From: Candidatus Levybacteria bacterium RIFCSPHIGHO2_01_FULL_37_17
Lineage (GTDB): Bacteria; Patescibacteriota; Microgenomatia; Levybacterales; UBA12049
DNA: 64,000 nt
NCBI GenBank assembly: GCA_001782035.1
Contig: MFNL01000001.1
Location: 2,643 to 66,642 of the forward strand
Direction: 5' to 3'
Both the position numbers and the translations under genes were made by a program. A model generated the notes under the pieces. That model was not told where the DNA came from and searched no databases. It saw only the letters and a program-made list of their open reading frames with translations. Below, piece by piece: positions 29,111 through 38,032 of this stretch (position 1 is the stretch's first letter; every line of letters starts with the position of its first letter).

Positions 29111-30323
29111 AAAACTTCATTAGGGAATCTTCCTTATATTCATCCCTCTTTGATGCTATTTCTAATGCTTTTTTAGCTTCCTGAGGGGTTCCAACACATT
29201 CAAACGGCTTAAAACCAGAAACTCCAATTGTTTCTTTAAGAAGAGGCAAAAGCTTCTCGTCCTCAAATAAATTTTTACCAAAAATTCCGATCAGCTCCTG
29301 CTTTGGAATAAAAGCCGAAAGTAGAATAAAAACAAATAAGCATTTTGGGCACTCACCACACCATCTTTTTCCCTTATTTCGATCATCGGAATTGATTTTA
29401 AAATTCCTGTTACAAGATGAAAACACGGTGAAATATTTATTATATTTTGAGAAAATTTCCGTTATTTCAAACTCATCTAGCTCTCTAAGATAGGACGAAT
29501 ACTCTACGTCTGGGGTTATAAATTTCTGCGAATAATCTTGGAATAAACGTTCGAATTCTTCTGATTTACTCCACTGGTGATTTATCTCCTCGCCTAAATA
29601 GTTTACGTTACCAAAGTTTGCGCTTTTTTCATTAGATACCACCACTTCTGAATAGTCGTAAAAAGCTGCAGCCATAATTCCCAAAAAAGCATAGATCGCA
29701 GATACGGGAACGTGACCATTATAGGTGTCTTGCCTCTGATTTAGTTCAAAAAGTTTAGTGTCTAATTCTGTTTTGATAACAATAGGAATCTTCCCTATAA
29801 TTTTTGCTATTTTTAATGGAATAGCGTGTTCTCCTATCATTAGGATATCAAACGGCTTTTCCATCTCTTTGAATTTTTCCGAAGTAACAATAGAGTCTTT
29901 TCCGCCACCCAACAGCACGAGAGACCGAGTTTTGCGCGGTATAGAGATAACGGAAGCGGCATTCACTTCATAAGGAAATTTAATAAGTCCTCTATAATCA
30001 ATCTTATTCTTGTAGAAAAACTCCCCAAGACCTTTTGTATAGACTTTATTCCAAAAGTCGGCCTGCTCTCGGTTTAAGCTATTTTTTTGAATTATGATTT
30101 GTTTTGGGCAATATAACTTCCAGTAGCTAATTCCCAATATCAAACTCAGATTATCAAAAATCTTTTTTAGAAACTGTTCTGGGATTTCTGCTTCTACTGA
30201 AGGGAAATAAATTTTTTCGACAAATTGATGACTTTCTTCTCCTTCAACTGAATAATCAAAGGAGGCTTGACCTTTCTCAAGGTCATATGTATAACCTTTG
30301 AATGTGAATTGAATGCTATTCAT
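29097..30323 (-). CDS. murL: UDP-MurNAc-L-Ala-L-Glu epimerase MurL-like
   Basis: GGGKDS, NGHVPVS, SNEKSA, NHQWSKS, SSCNRNF, WCGECPKC, KPFECVG; coupled to murD. Confidence 0.85.
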   Translation of the reverse strand: MNSIQFTFKGYTYDLEKGQASFDYSVEGEESHQFVEKIYFPSVEAEIPEQFLKKIFDNLSLILGISYWKLYCPKQIIIQKNSLNREQADFWNKVYTKGLGEFFYKNKIDYRGLIKFPYEVNAASVISIPRKTRSLVLLGGGKDSIVTSEKFKEMEKPFDILMIGEHAIPLKIAKIIGKIPIVIKTELDTKLFELNQRQDTYNGHVPVSAIYAFLGIMAAAFYDYSEVVVSNEKSANFGNVNYLGEEINHQWSKSEEFERLFQDYSQKFITPDVEYSSYLRELDEFEITEIFSKYNKYFTVFSSCNRNFKINSDDRNKGKRWCGECPKCLFVFILLSAFIPKQELIGIFGKNLFEDEKLLPLLKETIGVSGFKPFECVGTPQEAKKALEIASKRDEYKEDSLMKFYERL

Positions 30324-30366
30324 TGAGGCTAATTATACTTATATTGAGGGCCTTAAGCAAGAAATG

Positions 30367-30438
30367 TACCAGGGGTGGGGATCGAACCCACGACCGCAGG
30401 GATATGAATCCTGTGCTCTACCACTGAGCTACCCTGGC
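30367..30438 (-). tRNA. tRNA-Met(CAU), elongator type
   Basis: GCCAGGG acceptor, TAGCTCAGTGGTAGAGC D arm, anticodon CAT, GTTCGATCC T arm. Confidence 0.88.
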
Positions 30439-30497
30439 GCGAGTCTATTTTAACAGTTGTTATAAACGAGGTCAAATGTTATAATTTATGCTCAACG

Positions 30498-30566
30498 CGC
30501 GGGGTAGTGTACAGTGCACGTGAGGCTCATAATCTCACAGGCTAGGCGCAACTCCTAGCCCCGCAA
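30498..30566 (+). tRNA. tRNA-fMet(CAU)-like, structurally degenerate
   Basis: CGCGGGG/CCCCGCA acceptor with C1:A72 mismatch, CTCATAA loop, all four stems pair. Confidence 0.8.
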
Positions 30567-30571
30567 CAAAA

Positions 30572-31318
30572 TTACGGTTTTTGAGCTTGGAGCTTTGCAA
30601 TTGCCTGAAGCGTAAATCCATCCCCTGTTTCCGAAAGAAGCCTTGAATTAAAAAATTTTATTCCTTCCGGCTTTATTTTTTCATTAAGCTCTCTAATCTG
30701 TCCCTGCAGCTGCGGCGTAAATTTATATACATCTCTTCTTGAATCTTCTATAACTTTTTTGGTTCCATCTGGATTGACCTCGACTCTTTGACCTTTTCTT
30801 TTTAGTACTACCTCTTCGGATTTTACTTCCAATCCGAAAAACTTAACGCCCTCACCCTTTCTTGTATTTGCTACGAAAAATGCAGAATTAGGATTAACCC
30901 CTCTTCTGCCTATTGGTTTAATTCTTGAACCTAGGCTTTCTACACCCGTTTCCATTGCAAATTCCCTTTCTGCGGTATCTTGGTGTGATTCTTGAGGAAG
31001 AGAAAATCCCCTAGAAGCTTCTGTTGAAAGACCGCCCATTTTTTTTCTTTCCTGCCTAATGGTTCCAACGAATAACTCGCCGTCTAGCCAAAAGTAAGGA
31101 ATTGTGACAGATCCTCCGCCGTTTGGCTCTCTAATTGCCCATCCGTCGTATCCTTCCGGATTTTGACCATAAGAAACCTCAACGCCCATCCTGGCATTTT
31201 GTGATTTTAAAGCTGCAAGCTGTATTTCAGAGGTATTTCCTTCAAAATCTGTAGATGTTGCTTCCCAGCCTTGTTTTTCCCTATCAGGAACCGGCTGTAG
31301 AAAATCTTTTCCTTCCAT
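30572..31318 (-). CDS. Divergent NUDIX hydrolase
   Basis: GFSLPQESHQDTAEREFAMETGV Nudix box (one Glu replaced by Met). Confidence 0.7.
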   Translation of the reverse strand: MEGKDFLQPVPDREKQGWEATSTDFEGNTSEIQLAALKSQNARMGVEVSYGQNPEGYDGWAIREPNGGGSVTIPYFWLDGELFVGTIRQERKKMGGLSTEASRGFSLPQESHQDTAEREFAMETGVESLGSRIKPIGRRGVNPNSAFFVANTRKGEGVKFFGLEVKSEEVVLKRKGQRVEVNPDGTKKVIEDSRRDVYKFTPQLQGQIRELNEKIKPEGIKFFNSRLLSETGDGFTLQAIAKLQAQKP

Positions 31319-31356
31319 ATCCTATAGCATAACAAGTCCTATATTACTTGTCAAGT

Positions 31357-31695
31357 TTAAAAGAAAAGGTTCAGCCACTGTTTCCAAAAAGGATCCTGTT
31401 TTTGAGGTTTTGCTTGGCTTTCACTTGGGATTAAATCAGGCGGAATAATGACATTTAGCTCCCCTTCTTTTACCCAAAAAAGCTTATTTCTTGCTTCTTC
31501 TTCCACAAATTGCTTCCTTTGAGCCAAGTCATATTCTGCCTTTAGTTTTGCATTTTTAGCTTTTTCTGCTTCAAGTTTTCTCTGGGCTTCTTTAACAACA
31601 TCCTGCTTTCCTAAAAGATCAAAAATCGACCCTACCAATCCGTTAATAATAAAGAGAAGGACTACAACAGCAATTAGGTAGGCAGCTTTTTTCAC
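31357..31695 (-). CDS. Septum formation initiator (DivIC/FtsB family)
   Basis: TM plus coiled coil plus FVEEEARNKL..VKEGE. Confidence 0.85.
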   Translation of the reverse strand: MKKAAYLIAVVVLLFIINGLVGSIFDLLGKQDVVKEAQRKLEAEKAKNAKLKAEYDLAQRKQFVEEEARNKLFWVKEGELNVIIPPDLIPSESQAKPQKQDPFWKQWLNLFF

Positions 31696-31767
31696 AATAC
31701 TATAATAACATAACTTTAGAATTCCTAGTTGACTAACTGCAATTTACGTGATATTATAGGCCATTAG

Positions 31768-32628
31768 ATGAAACAAGTAAGCCTCCGCTCTGCCCTCGAG
31801 GAGTTTAAAAATTTTCTTAAAAACAACCAGAAAAGCAACTCAACAATAGTTGCATATGGTAAGGATATCGACCAGCTTTTAAGCTTTCTGGAAGGCCTGG
31901 GAAGGGCTGAAATAAGCCAAGTTAGCCGAGAGGATTTGGAAGGATTTTTAGCCAAACTTTCCAAGGAAGGATATACTCCAAAGTCAGTTTCCCGAAAAAT
32001 AAACTCAATTAGGACTTTTTATAGATTTCTTAAGGTTTCGGAATATATAGACGAGGACCCCTCGCTTTTAGTTTCCCACCCTAAATACGAGCTTGCACCG
32101 CCTAGAATTTTAACTCCAACAGAATATAGAGCATTGCGGGATGCTGCAAGATCGGACGGCCGAATGTTTGCAATAATCGAGCTTTTACTTCAAACGGGAA
32201 TTAGAATTGGAGAGCTTGCAAATTTAAGGCTATCTGACGTTGGAAAAGACACATTGCACATACTTCCCTTTGAAAAACACGAGGAAAGAACTATTGCTTT
32301 AAATAAAAGAGCTCAAGAAGCGTTGCAAAGATATATGACGTTGCGGCCAAAGGTGGTAGATGATCATTTGTTTGTTACCAAGAGCGGAAAGCCGTTTTTG
32401 ATTAGAAATATTAGAACCGCGGTAGAAAGATACTTTAGACTTGCAGAAATTCAAGCTGCAAAAGTTAATGATCTAAGGCATACTTTTGTAGCCCACCACT
32501 TAAAACACGGGGTCTCGCTGCAAGTATTGAGTAAAACGCTTGGCCACAAAAGGCTTTCTACAACCGAAAGATATCTTCAATACGTGCCCGAACGAGGCAA
32601 AGATACCTCGGTACTCACTGAACTTTAA
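31768..32628 (+). CDS. Tyrosine recombinase (XerC/XerD family)
   Basis: SAM-like N domain, TGIRIGE, DLRH, LGH....TTERY. Confidence 0.92.
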   Translation: MKQVSLRSALEEFKNFLKNNQKSNSTIVAYGKDIDQLLSFLEGLGRAEISQVSREDLEGFLAKLSKEGYTPKSVSRKINSIRTFYRFLKVSEYIDEDPSLLVSHPKYELAPPRILTPTEYRALRDAARSDGRMFAIIELLLQTGIRIGELANLRLSDVGKDTLHILPFEKHEERTIALNKRAQEALQRYMTLRPKVVDDHLFVTKSGKPFLIRNIRTAVERYFRLAEIQAAKVNDLRHTFVAHHLKHGVSLQVLSKTLGHKRLSTTERYLQYVPERGKDTSVLTEL

Positions 32629-33005
32629 TGACAGAACAAACATCAAAAACTCCGCGTATCGAATACTTACGTTCAGTTTTTGAATCAAATGTCCTCAGTA
32701 TAGATTTATCTGATCTAGTTGGAACAGTTGCTGATTCAATAATGGAAGAGGATTTAGAATCGCTTGAATTTGTCGCTACCAGAGCTAAAGAATGGTCCGA
32801 TCCATTTAAGGATGTACTAGGTAAACCTCAGGATCACGGATATGTAATTTATGAGGAGGACGATGTTTTTAAAAGCCACCTTATGGGAGTAATCCAAGGC
32901 ATAGGATTTGTCGCAGACAATGTTCTTCAGAAACTAAAATTGGGCGAGAGACCCATAAGACAGCAAACCTTTGGCTGGAATTATAGAGGCGAAGCGGTTA
33001 AATAA
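32628..33005 (+). CDS. Hypothetical orphan protein
   Basis: 125-aa ORF with TAATG coupling to the recombinase. Confidence 0.6.
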   Translation: MTEQTSKTPRIEYLRSVFESNVLSIDLSDLVGTVADSIMEEDLESLEFVATRAKEWSDPFKDVLGKPQDHGYVIYEEDDVFKSHLMGVIQGIGFVADNVLQKLKLGERPIRQQTFGWNYRGEAVK

Positions 33006-33006
33006 G

Positions 33007-33078
33007 TGCTCCCGCTTGGATTCGAACCAAGGACATCTACTTTATAAGAGTAGCGCTCTACCACTGAGCTACAGGAGC
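33007..33078 (-). tRNA. tRNA-Ile(UAU)
   Basis: GCTCCTG acceptor; CTACT-CT-TAT-AA-AGTAG anticodon arm; GTTCGAATCC. Confidence 0.9.
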
Positions 33079-33093
33079 TTGTAACGTATTTTA

Positions 33094-35463
33094 TCAGAGG
33101 CGGGCGCGTTGGGCAATAATAGGCTCCAATTTATTTACAGGAACTCCATACTTTATTCTTGAAAGTTCTCTTATTAACTCTGCAACCCTGTTATTCTCTG
33201 CCTGTTTTTCCTTAGTCATATCTCTTGTTAAATCCATAGAAAAAGATGTAACAGGCTCGTTATTAACTATTGTTTTAACATAGGCATTATAAACATCAAC
33301 ATTTATTAAATCCGCCTCGGTAAAGGTAGGCTGGAATTCGTGCTGTAAATAATTAGCGTCCGTTACTCCGACTCTAAATGCAGCTAGTGTTCCAACATTT
33401 CCAAAAATTGCGTTTTTAACTTCCTCATCCATCTGCCCTATAAACTGGTTTGCAACTATTAAATTGAGCCTGTATTTTCTTGCTTCAGACAAAATCTGGG
33501 CAAAATCAGGGGTGGCAAAATTTTGAAACTCGTCTACGTAAAGGTAAAAATCACGCCTTTGGTCTTCCGGAACATCTTGCCTGCTCATTGCAGCAACTAA
33601 AATTTTGGGGACTAAAACTAGTCCTAAAAAGCTCGCATTTTCTTCGCCTATTTTTCCTTTTGACAAAGAAACGAGTAATATTTTACCTTCATCCATTGCT
33701 TTTCTAAAATCAAACGCGCTTTTGCTCTGCCCAATTATGTTTCTCATCATTTTGTTGGTAACAAATCGGCCGAATTTGGAGACAATATAGTCCAAGGTTT
33801 CCGATTTGTGGAAGTCTGAAGTTTGAGCAATCTGGTCTGTCCAGTAGCGCCGCACAATTGGATCGGCAACTTTAGGCAGAAGTTCTTGTACAAAAGACGA
33901 GTCGGTTAAGGCTCGGACTACTTCGATGAACGTGTTGCCCGGCTCGCTCATTACGGTTAACATTGCATTTCTTATAGCATGCTCAAAGCGGGGGCCTATT
34001 ATTCCGGTTTTGTTGGGATCATAAAGCTTATACATGAGTCCTACAATTGAGCTTACAATGTAGTGTTTTTCCTGCTCGGTTTGTGCCTCTAGCATGTTTA
34101 ATCCAAGCGGCATTTCGGTGTCTGAGGGATCAAACAAAATAACATCTTCCGCTCGCTCGGGGGGGATTAGGGGCAGCAGTTTATCAATAGTATCATGCGG
34201 GTCTATAAAGCAGACTCCTTCGCCATTTTTTATATCCTGCAAAATCATGTCTTTTAAAAACTCTGATTTCCCAGTTCCTGTTTTCCCTATTACATACATG
34301 TGTCTTCTTCTGTCGTCTTTTTGAATGTAAACGGGTTTTGCCATACCTCTGTAAGTGCTCATTCCAAGATAAAGGCCTTTGTCGGGAATTTGCACTGGAG
34401 CTGGCGCTTTTTTGGCATTTAGCCAGAAAATGTGGGGCGTCTGGATTGTCTTATTTGGGTAATGGTAGAGCCCGGCAAGCTCCTCACTTGTTAAAACGGA
34501 AAAGTTTCCGGTTGCAGGAAAGTAACGGTATATAAAATCAGTAATAAAGCTTCCTTTTAAAAATTGCTTTTGTTTTGTAAATTCATTAAATGATGCAAAC
34601 TGGTCAAACGCAGACTCCAAGTTATGCAAATGAGCCTCGGCTGCTTCCTTGGTAGACGAAGAAACAACAAGTCTTATTACTGTGTAAAACCCAGGTTTCC
34701 CGATTTTTTGCTCTACTGCTTCAAGCTCTTTTGGGTCTGATGAGTATTTTGCTGTTTCAGGATTTGATTCTCTTTTTTTTGTATCTGCAATGTAAGTACG
34801 GCCTAATTTGCTCCACTTTGAATCTGCTCCCGATATTAAAATCTGGATTGCCGCGCCTTCCCCCACGCTCATTTTTGCCAAAACCGAAGTAATTGAAGAG
34901 AGAGGATCCACAGCAAATTCTTTGTAAAATTTAAGTGGTTTATAATTGCTGTCCTTAAGCTTAAGAGTCTTATAGGCAACGCTTCCGGACTCTGAGAAAA
35001 TGTTGTACTCGTTGCCTAAAATATAGCCTTCCTTGGAATAGCGGGAAGTTGTTTCTTCAACTACTCTGATTTCAGCATCTGGGTATGAGGCATTTATCTG
35101 TTTTTCGACCATATCCTTGTATTTGTTGGGGGTGTAGATGAAAAAACGGATATCGCCGGGCATTCCTACAATTTCAAAAGAAATATGAGGCCTATACTTT
35201 AGAAATTGTAGCCTTCCGCTTGATTTTATTCCTGCAAAAGCGCTGAAAAGCTGCTCTGCCGCATCTATTTTTATTTCATTATCCCGAGGAAGCGCCACTT
35301 GAAGAAGCGTTGAGTCAAGGGAGTGTTTTTCCCGCTCTCTGTTTCGATACCAAATTGCCCAAATGTAAGCAAAGCCAGCCAAAGCTGCGGTTATCAAAGC
35401 AAGAGCTCCTGCAGTTATTACTAATGCAAATATCAAATTTGTAAGTGCGACTAAAGGATTCAT
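33094..35463 (-). CDS. VirB4/VirD4/HerA-like P-loop ATPase with N-terminal TM (CPR type IV secretion-associated)
   Basis: RRRHMYVIGKTGTGKS, IDPH, LYVDEFQNF, SEARKY, ANQ. Confidence 0.88.
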   Translation of the reverse strand: MNPLVALTNLIFALVITAGALALITAALAGFAYIWAIWYRNREREKHSLDSTLLQVALPRDNEIKIDAAEQLFSAFAGIKSSGRLQFLKYRPHISFEIVGMPGDIRFFIYTPNKYKDMVEKQINASYPDAEIRVVEETTSRYSKEGYILGNEYNIFSESGSVAYKTLKLKDSNYKPLKFYKEFAVDPLSSITSVLAKMSVGEGAAIQILISGADSKWSKLGRTYIADTKKRESNPETAKYSSDPKELEAVEQKIGKPGFYTVIRLVVSSSTKEAAEAHLHNLESAFDQFASFNEFTKQKQFLKGSFITDFIYRYFPATGNFSVLTSEELAGLYHYPNKTIQTPHIFWLNAKKAPAPVQIPDKGLYLGMSTYRGMAKPVYIQKDDRRRHMYVIGKTGTGKSEFLKDMILQDIKNGEGVCFIDPHDTIDKLLPLIPPERAEDVILFDPSDTEMPLGLNMLEAQTEQEKHYIVSSIVGLMYKLYDPNKTGIIGPRFEHAIRNAMLTVMSEPGNTFIEVVRALTDSSFVQELLPKVADPIVRRYWTDQIAQTSDFHKSETLDYIVSKFGRFVTNKMMRNIIGQSKSAFDFRKAMDEGKILLVSLSKGKIGEENASFLGLVLVPKILVAAMSRQDVPEDQRRDFYLYVDEFQNFATPDFAQILSEARKYRLNLIVANQFIGQMDEEVKNAIFGNVGTLAAFRVGVTDANYLQHEFQPTFTEADLINVDVYNAYVKTIVNNEPVTSFSMDLTRDMTKEKQAENNRVAELIRELSRIKYGVPVNKLEPIIAQRARL

Positions 35464-35966
35464 TGAGTAAGTGTTTTTTTAGGTTTGAATAAATTCATGA
35501 ACTGGTAAATTTTGTGGACTAAAGTGGCTAAAAAAGCTTTCGATGGAGCTGTATAAACTCCCTCGTCTCCATGTTCTTTTACATCCAGATTTACTTGTTT
35601 TTGTGACTCTTTCATAATCCTTTGTGCTTCCTCGTCACTCATTGGAAGAGTAACGTTTGCTCCAGTATCTGCTCTTAAGGGAATTTCTGAGGGGGCGTGT
35701 TTTACTCCGATTTGATCGTGTTTCTCATCAAGCTCTGCCTGCTCGGTATGGGATTTTATTCCAATATCTTTTAGCTCTTGCTCCACGCTTGGTGCGGTTT
35801 CGGAAGAGACAGACTGCTGAATGTAATCGGAAACCGGTCTTTCCACTTCTTTAGCAGTACTCGAAACTGGATAGGATTGTTGAACTTGTGGCTGAACCTG
35901 CGTATTCTGATCAGCAGTGTTATCTTGAGAGCTATTTATCTGTTGTTTTATTTTTGAATCATCCAT
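35460..35966 (-). CDS. Hypothetical Gln-rich protein
   Basis: 168-aa ORF with ATGA overlap with the ATPase. Confidence 0.7.
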   Translation of the reverse strand: MDDSKIKQQINSSQDNTADQNTQVQPQVQQSYPVSSTAKEVERPVSDYIQQSVSSETAPSVEQELKDIGIKSHTEQAELDEKHDQIGVKHAPSEIPLRADTGANVTLPMSDEEAQRIMKESQKQVNLDVKEHGDEGVYTAPSKAFLATLVHKIYQFMNLFKPKKTLTQ

Positions 35967-36023
35967 TTGAATTTATTCTATCACAAAAATGGGGGTGGTC
36001 TTTATAAAAACTTTACAAAATGA

Positions 36024-36164
36024 CTAGGCTTTGGAGCTTCCGCAAACCGGACAATTTGTAAGCTTACCACTTGCAACGAGCTCGTATTCCAAATTATCTG
36101 GTTCCCACCCGCAATTTCTGCACTTAATTTTATAACAAATTTCGCAAGTTTTCTCTTTTTCCAT
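36024..36164 (-). CDS. 46-aa triple-CxxC zinc-ribbon/rubredoxin-like protein
   Basis: Not in ORF track. MEKEKTCEICYKIKCRNCGWEPDNLEYELVASGKLTNCPVCGSSKA; starts 1 nt after the upstream stop. Confidence 0.7.
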   Translation of the reverse strand: MEKEKTCEICYKIKCRNCGWEPDNLEYELVASGKLTNCPVCGSSKA

Positions 36165-36165
36165 A

Positions 36166-37332
36166 TTAATTTAGTTTAGAATAAGGCGCGCTCTTTTTAC
36201 AATTAGGACAACTTATTGTACCGCCTCCAATTTCTGCCTCAACCTGTTTATTACAAAATGGGCATGTACAGCAAAGCTTGGTTTGCTCAATATCTTTTTT
36301 TTGACCAAACTGGCCGACGCTGTATGGAGCGCCTATTGTCTCTACTCCACCCATCATATTGAATCCCCCGGAAATACCAGGACATGGCCCGTTAGCGATT
36401 CTAGGCGTAATAAGGCCGATAATCATCGCTCTTTTTTCTACGTCTTCTCTTGATGAGAATGATGCCCATTTAATTAAGTTTTGTAATTCTTTTGTATCTC
36501 CACTTAATACAACGGCTAAAGCGTTATCAGATTCATTTAAAACCGCATTGTACTTTACCCTGTGGGTGAAAAAATCATAAGGATTTTCAACAAGAGAGTT
36601 AATATAGCTAGATATTACAGGCGCAATAATTCTATTTATAATTTCGAGTTTCTCTTTTTCTAAGGCATTAACTCCTTTATTTAAATACTTTTGAACATCG
36701 TCCGAAGTCTCGAAAACATCAGCTTCAATTGGGTTTTTCAGGAAATCTGAGGCTGTTTTATGTCCTTCGCAATCGGAAAACGGCTTTAGTTTTTCTTTGT
36801 ACTCCTCAAGCGTGAGTGTAGAGAGATATCTGTTTAGCTCGATAAATCTTCTACCATCTTCACCTACTTTTAGCTCGTAAACGTCAAAAAAATTATTTGT
36901 ATAATCGGAGCCCTCTTCGCCTTTTGATGAGACCGATATTCTTTTTGCTCCAGGTTTTGCTTCCTTTTTTGTTAGTTCCTTTTGGATTAATATAGCACCC
37001 GACAGCTCTGCTTCTTCTCTCTCAAAATCTAAGGGGTTTCCATATTCCTTCCTGTATTCAACTCCTGTTCTTATCATCTCTTCCATTGACTGATCCAAGC
37101 CCTTTGCGACCATTGTGTCTTCAACAATTTCAAAGCGGGTGGTCGATTTAATTACTTCTACACGCTCCCCGACATACGCTTCTAACTGTCTTCTTGTATA
37201 AGACTTAAGCTTTTCCCGCTCCGATGGAGGAAGCAAATGATAGCTCTTATAGTCTCTTTCATCAAAAGATGGATTGTAGACTAACCTTCTTTCTTCCCCA
37301 AAATTTGGCTTATATGCTCTTCTTTCTATCAT
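36166..37332 (-). CDS. Hypothetical protein with C-terminal zinc ribbon
   Basis: 388 aa, CTCPFC...CPNC; ATGA overlap with pduO. Confidence 0.75.
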   Translation of the reverse strand: MIERRAYKPNFGEERRLVYNPSFDERDYKSYHLLPPSEREKLKSYTRRQLEAYVGERVEVIKSTTRFEIVEDTMVAKGLDQSMEEMIRTGVEYRKEYGNPLDFEREEAELSGAILIQKELTKKEAKPGAKRISVSSKGEEGSDYTNNFFDVYELKVGEDGRRFIELNRYLSTLTLEEYKEKLKPFSDCEGHKTASDFLKNPIEADVFETSDDVQKYLNKGVNALEKEKLEIINRIIAPVISSYINSLVENPYDFFTHRVKYNAVLNESDNALAVVLSGDTKELQNLIKWASFSSREDVEKRAMIIGLITPRIANGPCPGISGGFNMMGGVETIGAPYSVGQFGQKKDIEQTKLCCTCPFCNKQVEAEIGGGTISCPNCKKSAPYSKLN

Positions 37333-37874
37333 CTGCTTCTCCAGATAACTTCTTTTTTCTTCTCTTTTTTGTTAACAAGTCTTGCATACACGAACAGAAG
37401 ATCGGAGAGTCTATTTAGATAAATCAATATATCTTTGTTAACGCTTTCCTTTTCACTTAAGGCAACCACTCTTCTTTCTGCTCTTCTTGCTAATGTTCTT
37501 GCAAAATGAAGTTTTGAGCCTGATTTTGACCCAGAAGGAAGAATGAAGTTCTCAAGAACTGGCAGTTTTTTTGATAATGCGTCTATCTCTTGTTCAAAAC
37601 TCTGAACACGAGAAGTTAAAAAATCTGATAGTTTCGTATCTTTATTTTTAGCAATAGATGAAACTGCAGAGCCGATTTCAAACAAATCATTTTGAATACT
37701 AGTCAGCCTTAATCTTAATTTCTTGTCTCTAAGATCGGAAATAACAACTCCTAAGAAACTATTCAACTCATCTATTGTTCCGTATGCTTCTACCCGCAGT
37801 GATGCCTTGGAGACCGTTTTCCCTCCGTATAATGAAGTTTTTCCTTTATCCCCAAACTTTGTATATATAGACAT
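37329..37874 (-). CDS. pduO: Cob(I)alamin adenosyltransferase, PduO type
   Basis: IYTKFGDKGKT, YGTIDELNS, RRAER, YLNRLSDLLF. Confidence 0.96.
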   Translation of the reverse strand: MSIYTKFGDKGKTSLYGGKTVSKASLRVEAYGTIDELNSFLGVVISDLRDKKLRLRLTSIQNDLFEIGSAVSSIAKNKDTKLSDFLTSRVQSFEQEIDALSKKLPVLENFILPSGSKSGSKLHFARTLARRAERRVVALSEKESVNKDILIYLNRLSDLLFVYARLVNKKEKKKEVIWRSR

Positions 37875-37928
37875 AAAAAAACTCCTCGTTCCCGAGAAGC
37901 TTAATAATTTCCTGGTCCCGGGAACTGC

Positions 37929-37998
37929 ATAAGGTGGTTTTCCGACTTTACGGTAGCGGCACTGTGGAGGAATTACACCTCGCTTACCCTTTCCTTAT
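37929..37998 (-). ncRNA. Minimal cobalamin riboswitch aptamer (class II/variant-like)
   Basis: ATAAGG...CCTTAT closing stem; GGGTAA-GCGAGGTGTAATTCCTC T-loop hairpin; CCG/CGG stem; ACCACC; lies between nrdJ and pduO. Confidence 0.8.
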
Positions 37999-38032
37999 TG
38001 ATACTTTTATTAACAGGTTGGACAACACATAA

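Noticed and set aside
31768-33078. Recombinase next to a tRNA 3' end as an integrated element
   Set aside because: Short Xer-type enzyme without an arm-binding domain, no duplicated tRNA 3' end seen, and core genes flank it
33094-35463. Conjugative element around the VirB4/VirD4-like ATPase
   Set aside because: No relaxase, oriT or tra cluster nearby; this ATPase type is a common chromosomal CPR gene
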